Origin: a virus
Taxonomy: Duplodnaviria > Caudoviricetes
Strand: one strand, 5' to 3'
Length of the DNA stretch: 64,000 nucleotides
IMG/VR virus record: IMGVR_UViG_3300030332_001412
Location: 2,204-66,203 of that record
The notes below the pieces were generated by a model. That model saw nothing but the letters and a program-made list of their open reading frames with translations. It ran no database searches and was not told the origin of the DNA. Positions 18,256 through 26,919 of this stretch are shown here, piece by piece. A program made the translations under genes and the position numbers. How positions within the stretch are numbered: the stretch's first letter is position 1; each line of letters opens with the position of its first letter.

Positions 18256-18714
18256 CTATTCCGGCTCGTCGGGGTCTTTGCCCTCGTTCTTCATCGCCAG
18301 CTTGAGCGCCGAAAGCAGCTTTTGCGCCTCTTGATTGCGGTCGCCCATGATCTTGTCGGTATCGGTGAACTTGCGCCGCACCCACTCGACGAATTCGCGA
18401 TGCACCTTTTCCAGCAGCTTGACGCCGCCCATGGCCAGGACGAACGAAAGAACCGCGGCACCCATCTGCCCGAGGCCGAGCCATTGGACCGACGCCAGCA
18501 CGATGATCAGGCACCCGCCGGAAATCAGGACGCTAACGAAGAAATCGCGCCAGATAACCTCGCTCTTTTCCCGGGCGGTGACTTGCACGCCAGCCCGGGC
18601 GGCCCAACCGGAGGCGAAGCCGAATGCAATGCCCGCCGCCATGTTGATGTCGATCATTGAGAAGGCCGCTACCAACGGGGGGGTATATTTCGCCGCTGTC
18701 GTTGCATGGATCAC
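18256..18714 (-). CDS. Putative holin (3 TM)
   Basis: Three hydrophobic helices and charged C-tail directly upstream of the endolysin; GTG 18714. Confidence 0.6.
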   Translation of the reverse strand: MIHATTAAKYTPPLVAAFSMIDINMAAGIAFGFASGWAARAGVQVTAREKSEVIWRDFFVSVLISGGCLIIVLASVQWLGLGQMGAAVLSFVLAMGGVKLLEKVHREFVEWVRRKFTDTDKIMGDRNQEAQKLLSALKLAMKNEGKDPDEPE

Positions 18715-19205
18715 AGCATCGCCCCTGCGGTCTGGTCTAGCGCGAAATAACAGGCCCACCACCAAAGCACGGCAGCGAACAGGATGGGCAATCGCCGCTT
18801 GGCAAAGCCCGCCGCGCTGATCCATGCGCACGATCCCCACATCAGCCAAGAGGCGGCCATGCCGTGCTTGAACAGGGGGCTTTCCTGATTGAATCCGGCA
18901 ATCCGGTTATCGACCGTCCATGGGATTATCGCCCCGGCGATCAGGATGGCCATCAAGGCGCAGAGCAGGCCGAGGCCAAGGAACCATCGAGCGGTATCGC
19001 TGAAATAGGGCGTGGTGGCGGGGTCGAACGTCATCACCCATCGGCCCACCGGCCAGATCGCCAGCGCGGCCCCCATGGACCCCCACCAACGCCAGCTGTC
19101 GGCCAGATAGGCAATTGCGGGCGCGTGGCGCACCATCATATCGGCCAGATCGCCATCGATCAGACCGAACAGATCGGCGATGAATGCAATGCCCCCGGCC
19201 GTCAT
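18711..19205 (-). CDS. Multi-pass (about 4 TM) membrane protein
   Basis: Trp-rich hydrophobic segments; first gene of the lysis cluster; start 19205 or 19232. Confidence 0.55.
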   Translation of the reverse strand: MTAGGIAFIADLFGLIDGDLADMMVRHAPAIAYLADSWRWWGSMGAALAIWPVGRWVMTFDPATTPYFSDTARWFLGLGLLCALMAILIAGAIIPWTVDNRIAGFNQESPLFKHGMAASWLMWGSCAWISAAGFAKRRLPILFAAVLWWWACYFALDQTAGAML

Positions 19206-19374
19206 TGCCACCCCCGGCGGGTTGGCTGGCACTTTTCACATAGGGGGGAGAGCGATTTCATTGAGCGACCCATCGTTGCGCGGCAACTCGCCACTCGCCC
19301 CGCGTAGCACACTGGCTGTCGGCAAACTAGGATTGGTGTTGCCGATCAGCCGGTGTGCCATCTGTTCGGCGGGG

Positions 19375-21522
19375 CTATACCGCCGGGCCGGTCAGCGAAA
19401 AATACTCAGTTGTCATGACCGCCTCCGCGATCGGTTGACGGTATATGCCGAATCCGACCTGATCGGCTCGATTGGTCAGGAAGGATGTGTCGGTAAGCCG
19501 ATAGAGCTCCGCCCAGTATTTGCCGTTCGAACTGACGTAGAAAATGTATTCGCCACCGGTGTGCACGATCCGAAACCACTGAATCCCCGGCTGCCCATAG
19601 ACACCGGTATATGTAAACGGTCGCCCGCTAAAGCCGGTCAGGCTGCCGTAGTTGGAGACAACCAGATTTGTGATCGTGAAGCCGAAGGTTGTATGCCTGC
19701 CACTCACGCTGTCGCGCAGCACGATCTGCCCCAGCTCCGTATTGTTGTTCAAACCGAACAACGAGTTGGATTTTGAAATAACGTCGAAATCACCGGTCGG
19801 ATCGGTGAGTTCCTGCACGGCCATGCGCCAACCGTTGAAATTGCCAGTGGTCGCGATCAAACCGGCGTCAGCGTCGTCGATCAGGGTAAGCTGTGTCGCA
19901 TCGCCGCTAACAAGGGTGAAGTCCGCTGCGGCAGGCGGGTCGAACAGCGCACCGCCGCCGCCGCCGCCGCCAGAAGCAAATGCGTCAAAGACCACGCCCG
20001 AAAAGAATGTTCGTTCGGACGGCTCGACGGTCAGGCTCGCGCCATGAAAAACCCGCACTTTGAATACATCGCCGGTCGTCAGCTTGACGGTGCCAGACGC
20101 AATGAGATTGCCGTTGTTGCCGCCCATGCTGCTTTGCGAAATCAGCGTTCCGTTGCGCTCTATATAGATGGCCGCAGAACTGTTCTCTGAAGTGCGGACC
20201 CCGGCTACCAATTGCGCGAACTTGCCATTCAACGACGCCGGAACGATAAACTCGGAGGCGGTAAGAAGGCCATCATCATCGAACACCTCTGTATTGAACA
20301 GAATCGTGGTCAGCGTGCTTGACGGAATCGATTGATTAGACCCGGTTCGCACTGCCTTGAAAGCGGCCACCCTGCTAGCGGTCCCGCCAGAACCGCCGCT
20401 GCCAATGGTCCCGACGACCTCGAAAACCCCGAAGGCCGGGTTAACCGGGGTGCCCGACAAGCTGCCCGAGATAATGCCATCGAAAGAATCGCTGTAGTGC
20501 GCGTAGGCCCCCGGGTGATTGATCGAGCCGCTGGCGGGGGTGAGATAATCGACTGTCAGGCCAGCCGCTTCATTGATCGCCCAGTTGGGAACGGTATCGC
20601 TGGTGAAGCTCGCGATCATCGTCGAGGCGGCGCCGAGCATGGGCGAGGGGACCGAAATCTCGAAATTGTTGCCTGTGAACAACCGCGACATCGCGCCGCC
20701 CGCTATGCCAATGACGCCAGAGGCACCGGAGAACTCATACATCACTGCCGACTGGTTATCCGCCGCCGCCATCGCCCAAGAGGCGGGGTCTCCGCTTTCG
20801 ACCCACTTGGTCGCCACGGCAACGCAGTTGTTGAAATCGGAACTATAGAGGCGAACGGGGGTGAACCCTACCGGCGCATAAGCTGAGAAAAGCACGGTAT
20901 CGCGATAGCCGGTCATAACCAGAACGAGCAGGTTCCCGGCGGCAGGCTCGGCGGGCAGCACCATGTTCCCGTCCCCGCGCAAGCTGGCCTTTTGGACGAG
21001 CGTAGGCGGCGTGCCTGGCGAGCCGCCACCGCTACCGCCACCGCCTTCGACATCGCCCCAAAGAACCCCGTCCTCGGCCTCGTTGACCAACAGTGCCTTG
21101 CCCGCGTTGCCCGCGAAATCGGGATAGCTGGCATCACCTCCACCGCCGCCCAGATCGGCAACCTCTTGCGCGGTGGCCCGCCTCGATGTCCACTTGGCGA
21201 TGGTAATATCTTCGCCCGCCGCCTCGTCAGCTATCGCGTCGCCATCAGCGCCACCGATTGTCAGCTTGCCCGCCTCGACAGCGGTGACGACGCCAACGAA
21301 CAAATTGTTGGCCGATGTCGCAAAGCCGGTGACATTTACCCGGTCGCCCTCGCTGAAATCGCCAAAGCCCTCGCCGCTATCATTTAAGCTGTTATCGCTG
21401 GCGCTCGCGCTGATCGTCGCGGCGGTTATCGTCACGCTCGCCGATAGCTGCGCGACCTCGACCATTTCGTAGCCGCCCAGATCTTCGGCATCATTGAGTC
21501 CGGTTATTGTTTTGGTGGCCAT
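19375..21522 (-). CDS. Tail fibre / receptor-binding protein
   Basis: Gly-rich linkers between beta-rich modules; C1q-like segment AFKAVRT...GDVFKVRV...TFFSG; lectin-like C-terminus. Confidence 0.8.
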   Translation of the reverse strand: MATKTITGLNDAEDLGGYEMVEVAQLSASVTITAATISASASDNSLNDSGEGFGDFSEGDRVNVTGFATSANNLFVGVVTAVEAGKLTIGGADGDAIADEAAGEDITIAKWTSRRATAQEVADLGGGGGDASYPDFAGNAGKALLVNEAEDGVLWGDVEGGGGSGGGSPGTPPTLVQKASLRGDGNMVLPAEPAAGNLLVLVMTGYRDTVLFSAYAPVGFTPVRLYSSDFNNCVAVATKWVESGDPASWAMAAADNQSAVMYEFSGASGVIGIAGGAMSRLFTGNNFEISVPSPMLGAASTMIASFTSDTVPNWAINEAAGLTVDYLTPASGSINHPGAYAHYSDSFDGIISGSLSGTPVNPAFGVFEVVGTIGSGGSGGTASRVAAFKAVRTGSNQSIPSSTLTTILFNTEVFDDDGLLTASEFIVPASLNGKFAQLVAGVRTSENSSAAIYIERNGTLISQSSMGGNNGNLIASGTVKLTTGDVFKVRVFHGASLTVEPSERTFFSGVVFDAFASGGGGGGGALFDPPAAADFTLVSGDATQLTLIDDADAGLIATTGNFNGWRMAVQELTDPTGDFDVISKSNSLFGLNNNTELGQIVLRDSVSGRHTTFGFTITNLVVSNYGSLTGFSGRPFTYTGVYGQPGIQWFRIVHTGGEYIFYVSSNGKYWAELYRLTDTSFLTNRADQVGFGIYRQPIAEAVMTTEYFSLTGPAV

Positions 21523-21525
21523 CGC

Positions 21526-24123
21526 CTAGTCCTCCGTGACGCGCGTATCGCCGTCTTCCGTTTGCATGAAATCGCCTTCTTCGGTCAATCGAGCCGCGCC
21601 AGCCGCGATATAAACGAAGCTGTGCCGGGCGCCCTGCCAAGAATAGACCCCATCGCGCTTCGAATGAACCTCAATCGTCACCGGCCCACTGATCGTGGGG
21701 GTGACGCTCGCGCTGGTGCCATCGATTTCGTCTTGCTCAAGCGAGGGGTCGAGCGCCCCGCCCTGATAGACCCGGACGCGATAGGTGGTGCCCGCCTCGG
21801 GCCCAATATCGCCGTCGAAATGATCGGCCAACTCGCCGCTGGTCTGTTGCGTCCGGTCCCGATGCGCCCAAGCAATCGCGAGTTCGTTGCTATCATAGGC
21901 CGCGCCCGGCGCGTAGCTTTCGCCGTTGATCGTCAGATTGCCGGGCGCGTAGGGCCTGAAAGCGCGCTGATTGAGGGCGACGGTCATTTCCGTTGCTTCG
22001 GAAAGCGCGACCTTCCCCGAGCCGCTGGTAGGCGTCACCTTTACGTCGATTTCCTCGCCGCTGGCATATTCGGTCAGATCGACGCCATTATAGGCGTCCC
22101 AGAATAGGACGGGCGTCCCGGCCAAGTGGGGAACAGGCACGGTATCAAGCACGCCACGCCCGATCGTTGCGGTGCCGGCTCCCGCGTCGATGGCGTCGAT
22201 CCGGACCAATTCGTCGCCGATCTGGGCGTGCGTGCCGGTCTCGACCAGATCAAGGTCAGCGACGCCCGTCAGGCTGATCGTGGTCGATAGCGGGCTGATA
22301 TTGGCCGAAAGCGCCCCGCCGGGGCACAGGTCCATCGCGCCCGCTTCCTCGTAGCCCGCGCCATCATCCGTCCAAAGGCGGGCGGCAATCGCACTAGCAT
22401 TCCCGCGAACAGCGGCGGCGGCCACATACCCGATTTCCGGGCTGGCCGCCAATTCGCTGTCGGTCGTCGCCTGACCCTGCGCCTGGACTAATTCGAAATA
22501 AGGCACCTCGAATGCGGCTTGATAGGACGCCGGGTCTGGTGGGCGCGAAGGATCTACCCAACCAGCGGAGGGCGGGGCGATGATGGCGTTAAGCGGGGTA
22601 GAAAAAACATCCTCGACGCAAGTGATGCGGACCTGATTGCGCTTGCCATCGCCGAGCGCGAACGAGGTGACGCGCATCGGCACATTGAACAATCGCCACT
22701 TGGCCCAAGTCAGCAGGAAGGTGTCGCCTATCTCAAGATCAGCGCCATCCTCGCCGCAATAGATCGTGCAAGTCAGATAGGGGTTCGAAAGCGCGCGTAG
22801 ATCGCGAGCGCCGACGATGCTGGCAATCTTGAGGTTGGTAAAGCCCGGGTATTGCAGGGTGGTATTGATGACCGCGCCCTGCATCTGGACGCCCGCCGGG
22901 TCTTGCAAAGTGACCGAGTCATCCTTGCCCGTCTCGGCATTCCAGAATTGAATGGTGACGGAATTGATCAACTCACCGAACGCCGCGCGGTTCGGGCTCT
23001 CAATCTTGTCGATATTGCTTTCGTCGAGCAAAAGCGTCGGCGTCGGGCCTTGGCGCGTCAGCCGAAGAATGAATTTTCCAGTGGTGCGCGAGACGAACAG
23101 CGCGGCGTCTATGTGCCGGACAATCTCGGCCACGAAATCTTCGATCTGGGCCTGCCGATCCCATAGCAGCGAAATGCCCATGCCTTCGTCGAACAGCTGA
23201 TCGGCGGCGGCCATGAATGACTCGTCGTCAATATCCTCGTCGAGATACCCCATCCCCCAATCGGGGTCGGTCAAGCACTCCCTGATGATGTGAGCCGGGT
23301 TCATATCGCCGGTCGGGGTGCCAATCGGCACTGCGGCCATATTGCCGCCAGCGCCCGTCAGGTTTCCGCCAACATTCCATACTCGCACCAGCATGGTTTC
23401 ACCGGGATCCAAGACGGCAAAAGTGGTCTCGAAGCCGAACATACTACTGGAGTTTCCCGGCCAGATCGCTCCATCGATAACAAAATTGTCGTCAGCGATG
23501 CAGATGCCAATCCCGGGGCTCCCAACCCCGCCACAGATGCGAGCCCGATACGGGAACGGGCCTATCGTCACCGACGATCCGGGGTAGAATGTATTGTTTC
23601 CGGGAAATGAAGGGCTTTCGAAACGATTGAGCGTGGGGAAGGCCTCGCTCATACTGTAAACTGTTGGCTCAACGCCGGGGGGCGGATCGAGGCTTATTTC
23701 CGCCTTTTCGGGATACCATTGCGGTATGCCATCCTGACGCACATTGATGCGCTGGCCGCGCAGGCTCGCGGGCTTGATATATGGGTTGTTGCCCAGATAG
23801 CAGTCGCGAAAGACCATTCCGGCGACACCGCGATAGCCGGGGATGTCGGGACCAATCTGACTGACTAGATAATCGTTCCGCCCCTGATCCGGGTAACCCA
23901 TTTCAATATCGACCGTGCCGCTGACGCCACCCTCGCGTTCCTCGCCGCCGAACAACTCGGTTGCAGACATTTCGATCTGGCCGCCGCTCGCGGCCCCCTC
24001 CCACGCCGACCGCTCGTCGAATCTGATGCGGGAGAAGAAATCGATAGGGCCGTGGCAAGCAATAAGGTGCATCCCGAGATAATGCTTGTAGCCGACGGTG
24101 ACCGCTTTGCTTTTACCGCCCAC
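21526..24123 (-). CDS. Central tail / tail-tip protein (J-like)
   Basis: YLGMHLIACHGPID, NPAHIIRECLTDPDWGMG, WDRQAQIEDFVAEIVRHID, AIAWAHRDR. Confidence 0.85.
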   Translation of the reverse strand: MGGKSKAVTVGYKHYLGMHLIACHGPIDFFSRIRFDERSAWEGAASGGQIEMSATELFGGEEREGGVSGTVDIEMGYPDQGRNDYLVSQIGPDIPGYRGVAGMVFRDCYLGNNPYIKPASLRGQRINVRQDGIPQWYPEKAEISLDPPPGVEPTVYSMSEAFPTLNRFESPSFPGNNTFYPGSSVTIGPFPYRARICGGVGSPGIGICIADDNFVIDGAIWPGNSSSMFGFETTFAVLDPGETMLVRVWNVGGNLTGAGGNMAAVPIGTPTGDMNPAHIIRECLTDPDWGMGYLDEDIDDESFMAAADQLFDEGMGISLLWDRQAQIEDFVAEIVRHIDAALFVSRTTGKFILRLTRQGPTPTLLLDESNIDKIESPNRAAFGELINSVTIQFWNAETGKDDSVTLQDPAGVQMQGAVINTTLQYPGFTNLKIASIVGARDLRALSNPYLTCTIYCGEDGADLEIGDTFLLTWAKWRLFNVPMRVTSFALGDGKRNQVRITCVEDVFSTPLNAIIAPPSAGWVDPSRPPDPASYQAAFEVPYFELVQAQGQATTDSELAASPEIGYVAAAAVRGNASAIAARLWTDDGAGYEEAGAMDLCPGGALSANISPLSTTISLTGVADLDLVETGTHAQIGDELVRIDAIDAGAGTATIGRGVLDTVPVPHLAGTPVLFWDAYNGVDLTEYASGEEIDVKVTPTSGSGKVALSEATEMTVALNQRAFRPYAPGNLTINGESYAPGAAYDSNELAIAWAHRDRTQQTSGELADHFDGDIGPEAGTTYRVRVYQGGALDPSLEQDEIDGTSASVTPTISGPVTIEVHSKRDGVYSWQGARHSFVYIAAGAARLTEEGDFMQTEDGDTRVTED

Positions 24124-24307
24124 GAGCGACCTCCACGGTGCGCTCGGCCATCGCGTCGCCGGTCGCCAGCAATTTCTCTGCGGGCACGCCGTTTTCGAGG
24201 AAATCCTGCCAGTCGAGGCCGTGGCGTTCGAAGAAGGCTCGGGCGCCCCGGCTGCATTGCTTGGCGGCGCGAATATCGCGCATCGTTATGATCAGGGGGT
24301 CGCTCAC
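24113..24307 (-). CDS. Small tail assembly protein
   Basis: ITMRDIRAAKQCSRGARAFFERHGLDWQDFL, conserved tail-tip module position. Confidence 0.7.
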   Translation of the reverse strand: MSDPLIITMRDIRAAKQCSRGARAFFERHGLDWQDFLENGVPAEKLLATGDAMAERTVEVARGR

Positions 24308-24534
24308 TTTTTGCCGCCCTTCTTCTTGATCGGCACCAGCCGGACGTTGCCATACCAGACGACATTGGGGCCCACGATGTCGCGGGTGCCGAATAGCACC
24401 CCGAACTCGCGGCCAATTTCGGCCGTCGGCGCCTGGACCTCATTGATACCCGGCGGGGGCGCTGTCTGCGCCTTGGGCATGAATGCAAAGGCGAGGACGA
24501 GCGTGGCCACGAATACCGCGATCAGCCACCACAT
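24304..24534 (-). CDS. Small tail-tip protein
   Basis: APTAEIGREFGVLFGT...PNVVWYG. Confidence 0.7.
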   Translation of the reverse strand: MWWLIAVFVATLVLAFAFMPKAQTAPPPGINEVQAPTAEIGREFGVLFGTRDIVGPNVVWYGNVRLVPIKKKGGKK

Positions 24535-24550
24535 ATTAGCGTCCCCTTGC

Positions 24551-25321
24551 TTAGACTATCGACGAGCCGCCCATCGGGTTCTTCGTCGGGATGAAATCGA
24601 AACCGCCGTAATTGAGGCCGTTGTCGAACTTGAGATCGCATTCTGCATACGAGTGATTGCAGCCCGGGTAAATCTCGACGGCTGTGGCGCTGCCGGTCGC
24701 CGCGAAAGCCTTGGCCAGCGATGCCGACAGGCGATTGAGCGTCAAGGCCGTGCCATCATGCTCGGCGATATAGGTCAGCGAGCCATCCGGGGCCTTGATC
24801 ATCCCGCCCGAAAAATAGCCGTCGGCCTGCAAGCCCGCCTCGGTGACCGTTAGCACGCGGCCATTGATCGCGGTCAGCGTGCCCGCGACAGAAAATTCCT
24901 CGGGATCGACATAGCAACCCCGGCCATAGAGTGCGTGGCGACAAGTCTTTTGATAGCGCCCCCGGCAACCCGGTCGGCGCATCGACGTGAATATCGACTC
25001 AAAAGCCATTTTGAGTGAGGCATCGCCCGGCATCGTGCTGGTAAGCCGCCCTTTCCAGAAGACGGTCGTCCCAGACGCCTTCTTGCGAAAGATCGTCAAC
25101 GTGGCGATCTGCTCAAGCCACGAACCCATCAGCAAGATTGCCAGCGGGTGGTCCAGCGGAATGTTCACGTCCATGCTGGCCTTCGTCAGATCGGCGCGCT
25201 GTTGCGTGCCGCCGCGCCCCATCGGGATCGCGTCATAGACCTCGCCATTGTGCGTCTGATCTTCGCTCGCGCTGGTCAGCGTATAGACCGTGCTGCCGAT
25301 GGCGATGCGATATAGTTCCAC
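24551..25321 (-). CDS. Tail hub protein (DUF2163/BR0599-like)
   Basis: YQKTCRHALYGRGC, IYPGCNHSYAECDLKFDN.LNYGGF.FIP.KNP; GTG 25321. Confidence 0.85.
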   Translation of the reverse strand: MELYRIAIGSTVYTLTSASEDQTHNGEVYDAIPMGRGGTQQRADLTKASMDVNIPLDHPLAILLMGSWLEQIATLTIFRKKASGTTVFWKGRLTSTMPGDASLKMAFESIFTSMRRPGCRGRYQKTCRHALYGRGCYVDPEEFSVAGTLTAINGRVLTVTEAGLQADGYFSGGMIKAPDGSLTYIAEHDGTALTLNRLSASLAKAFAATGSATAVEIYPGCNHSYAECDLKFDNGLNYGGFDFIPTKNPMGGSSIV

Positions 25322-25323
25322 TC

Positions 25324-26919
25324 TCAAGGCTGGATCTCCACGGTATTGACAGCGCAGGCGCAAACGCTGCCGCCAATCCATTGCACCTCGGCCCGGTCGG
25401 TATCAAGGCGGCGCAAGCCGAGGAAGGAGACGCGCCCGATCTGGGCCGCCGGGGTCGCGATGCTTGAATCCAGCGTCAGTTGCACTTGGTTAGCGCCGGT
25501 CTGAAGCGTGGCTGTGATCCGCCGGGGCAACCAGCCGCCGGGCGTCTCAATGGCGATATGCTTGCGATCCGCGGCGAAGCGCAGATAACCATCGGCGGCG
25601 ACGGTGAGGCTGGTCGTCACATTGCCGGTATTGAGCGGCTTGAGGTCGGACTCGAAGGTCGGTTGCCAGAATTGCCGGTAGCGACCAGCCCGGCGGTGCA
25701 GGAATTGGCGGATCGCCCACGCTTCCTCCATCCCATCGCCCATCATGCGATGCACGCGAGAAGGCCGATTGTAGCGCCATGGGGTGCGATAGCTGACGAG
25801 GCCAAGCTGCTCGTCGATCAGATCGAAAGCCGTGACGATGCTTTCGGTAAGCGAGCCACCATCAAGCAGGCTGACATCGCTGTAGAAATCGTCGCCCAGA
25901 TATTGCGCCGGGGCGGCGGGCGCGAGCGCGGCATTGTCCTCAATGGCGAACGCCAGATCGACGGAGCCCTGTCGGCCATTGAAAGCGCGCTGTGGATCGC
26001 TTTCGAGATAGCCCGCGCGCACCGGCATCACATAGGCGTCAGTGAATGCCTCGGTCGGCGTGCTTAGGCTGATCGCCTCGTCGCTGGTGACATCATCGAC
26101 GCCACAGACCTGATATTGCTGCGGCGATTGCCAGAGCAAAAGAGGGGAGCCGGCACGATACTCGGCAAAGCGGGTATCGAAGGCGAGCGATGTCTCGCCC
26201 GCGACGATCTGGCCGAGGTGCCGGACTTGCGACCAGATCGGCACCAGCCATTGCTTGCCGCGCTGGCCGTAGAGCATATTGGCGACGCGCCGCTGTTCGG
26301 CGATGGGCACGAACGCGCTCATTCGATAGCTATGGCGCGGCACATCCCTGACTTGCTCGCGTTCCTCCGTGCCGTTCTCGCTGATCGACAGATCGGTCAG
26401 CCAGGCGATGGCCTCCTGCATGGGCGTGCGCGGCCAGAGCGACATGACAGGCGGCGAATAATCGGCCTCAAGCCAGAAGAACGTCGTATCGGCGCCCGAG
26501 CCATCGGAGAGCAGCAAGATCGCCAGTTGATGCGTGCCAGCCGCCAGCCGCGATTTCGGGATGATCAGATCAAGATTGTTGCGAGCCGAGGGTGGGGGCG
26601 CCGCGTCGTTGCCGGGATTGATCTGGCCCACCAGTTGCCCGTCGACGTAGATGAAGGCGGCATTGTCGATCTGGCCGCGCAATCGCACCCCGTCGGATCC
26701 ATCCGTGACGATGCCGCGCCGGACCCACAGGCCGGTATTGACCGCCCATGGGGTGCCCAGATTGAGCCCGGTCTGAAATGACGGCCCGATGGTGCCGAAG
26801 GGCGCGGGGGCTGGCCCGAGCCAACCGCTGGATGGCACAGCGACCGCGCCGGGGTTGGCGGGGACCGTGTTCGCTCGGGCTTGATATTGCCAGAGGTCGC
26901 CGAGGTTGATCAAAGCCAT
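25324..26919 (-). CDS. Distal-tail-like virion protein with N-terminal jelly-roll domain
   Basis: Follows tape measure; WLTDLSISENGTEEREQVRDVPR, FLHRRAGRYRQFWQPT. Confidence 0.75.
   Translation of the reverse strand: MALINLGDLWQYQARANTVPANPGAVAVPSSGWLGPAPAPFGTIGPSFQTGLNLGTPWAVNTGLWVRRGIVTDGSDGVRLRGQIDNAAFIYVDGQLVGQINPGNDAAPPPSARNNLDLIIPKSRLAAGTHQLAILLLSDGSGADTTFFWLEADYSPPVMSLWPRTPMQEAIAWLTDLSISENGTEEREQVRDVPRHSYRMSAFVPIAEQRRVANMLYGQRGKQWLVPIWSQVRHLGQIVAGETSLAFDTRFAEYRAGSPLLLWQSPQQYQVCGVDDVTSDEAISLSTPTEAFTDAYVMPVRAGYLESDPQRAFNGRQGSVDLAFAIEDNAALAPAAPAQYLGDDFYSDVSLLDGGSLTESIVTAFDLIDEQLGLVSYRTPWRYNRPSRVHRMMGDGMEEAWAIRQFLHRRAGRYRQFWQPTFESDLKPLNTGNVTTSLTVAADGYLRFAADRKHIAIETPGGWLPRRITATLQTGANQVQLTLDSSIATPAAQIGRVSFLGLRRLDTDRAEVQWIGGSVCACAVNTVEIQP

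Noticed and set aside
19375-24123. Diversity-generating retroelement or invertible tail-fibre cassette
   Set aside because: No reverse transcriptase, recombinase, duplicated template/variable repeat or flanking inverted sites seen.
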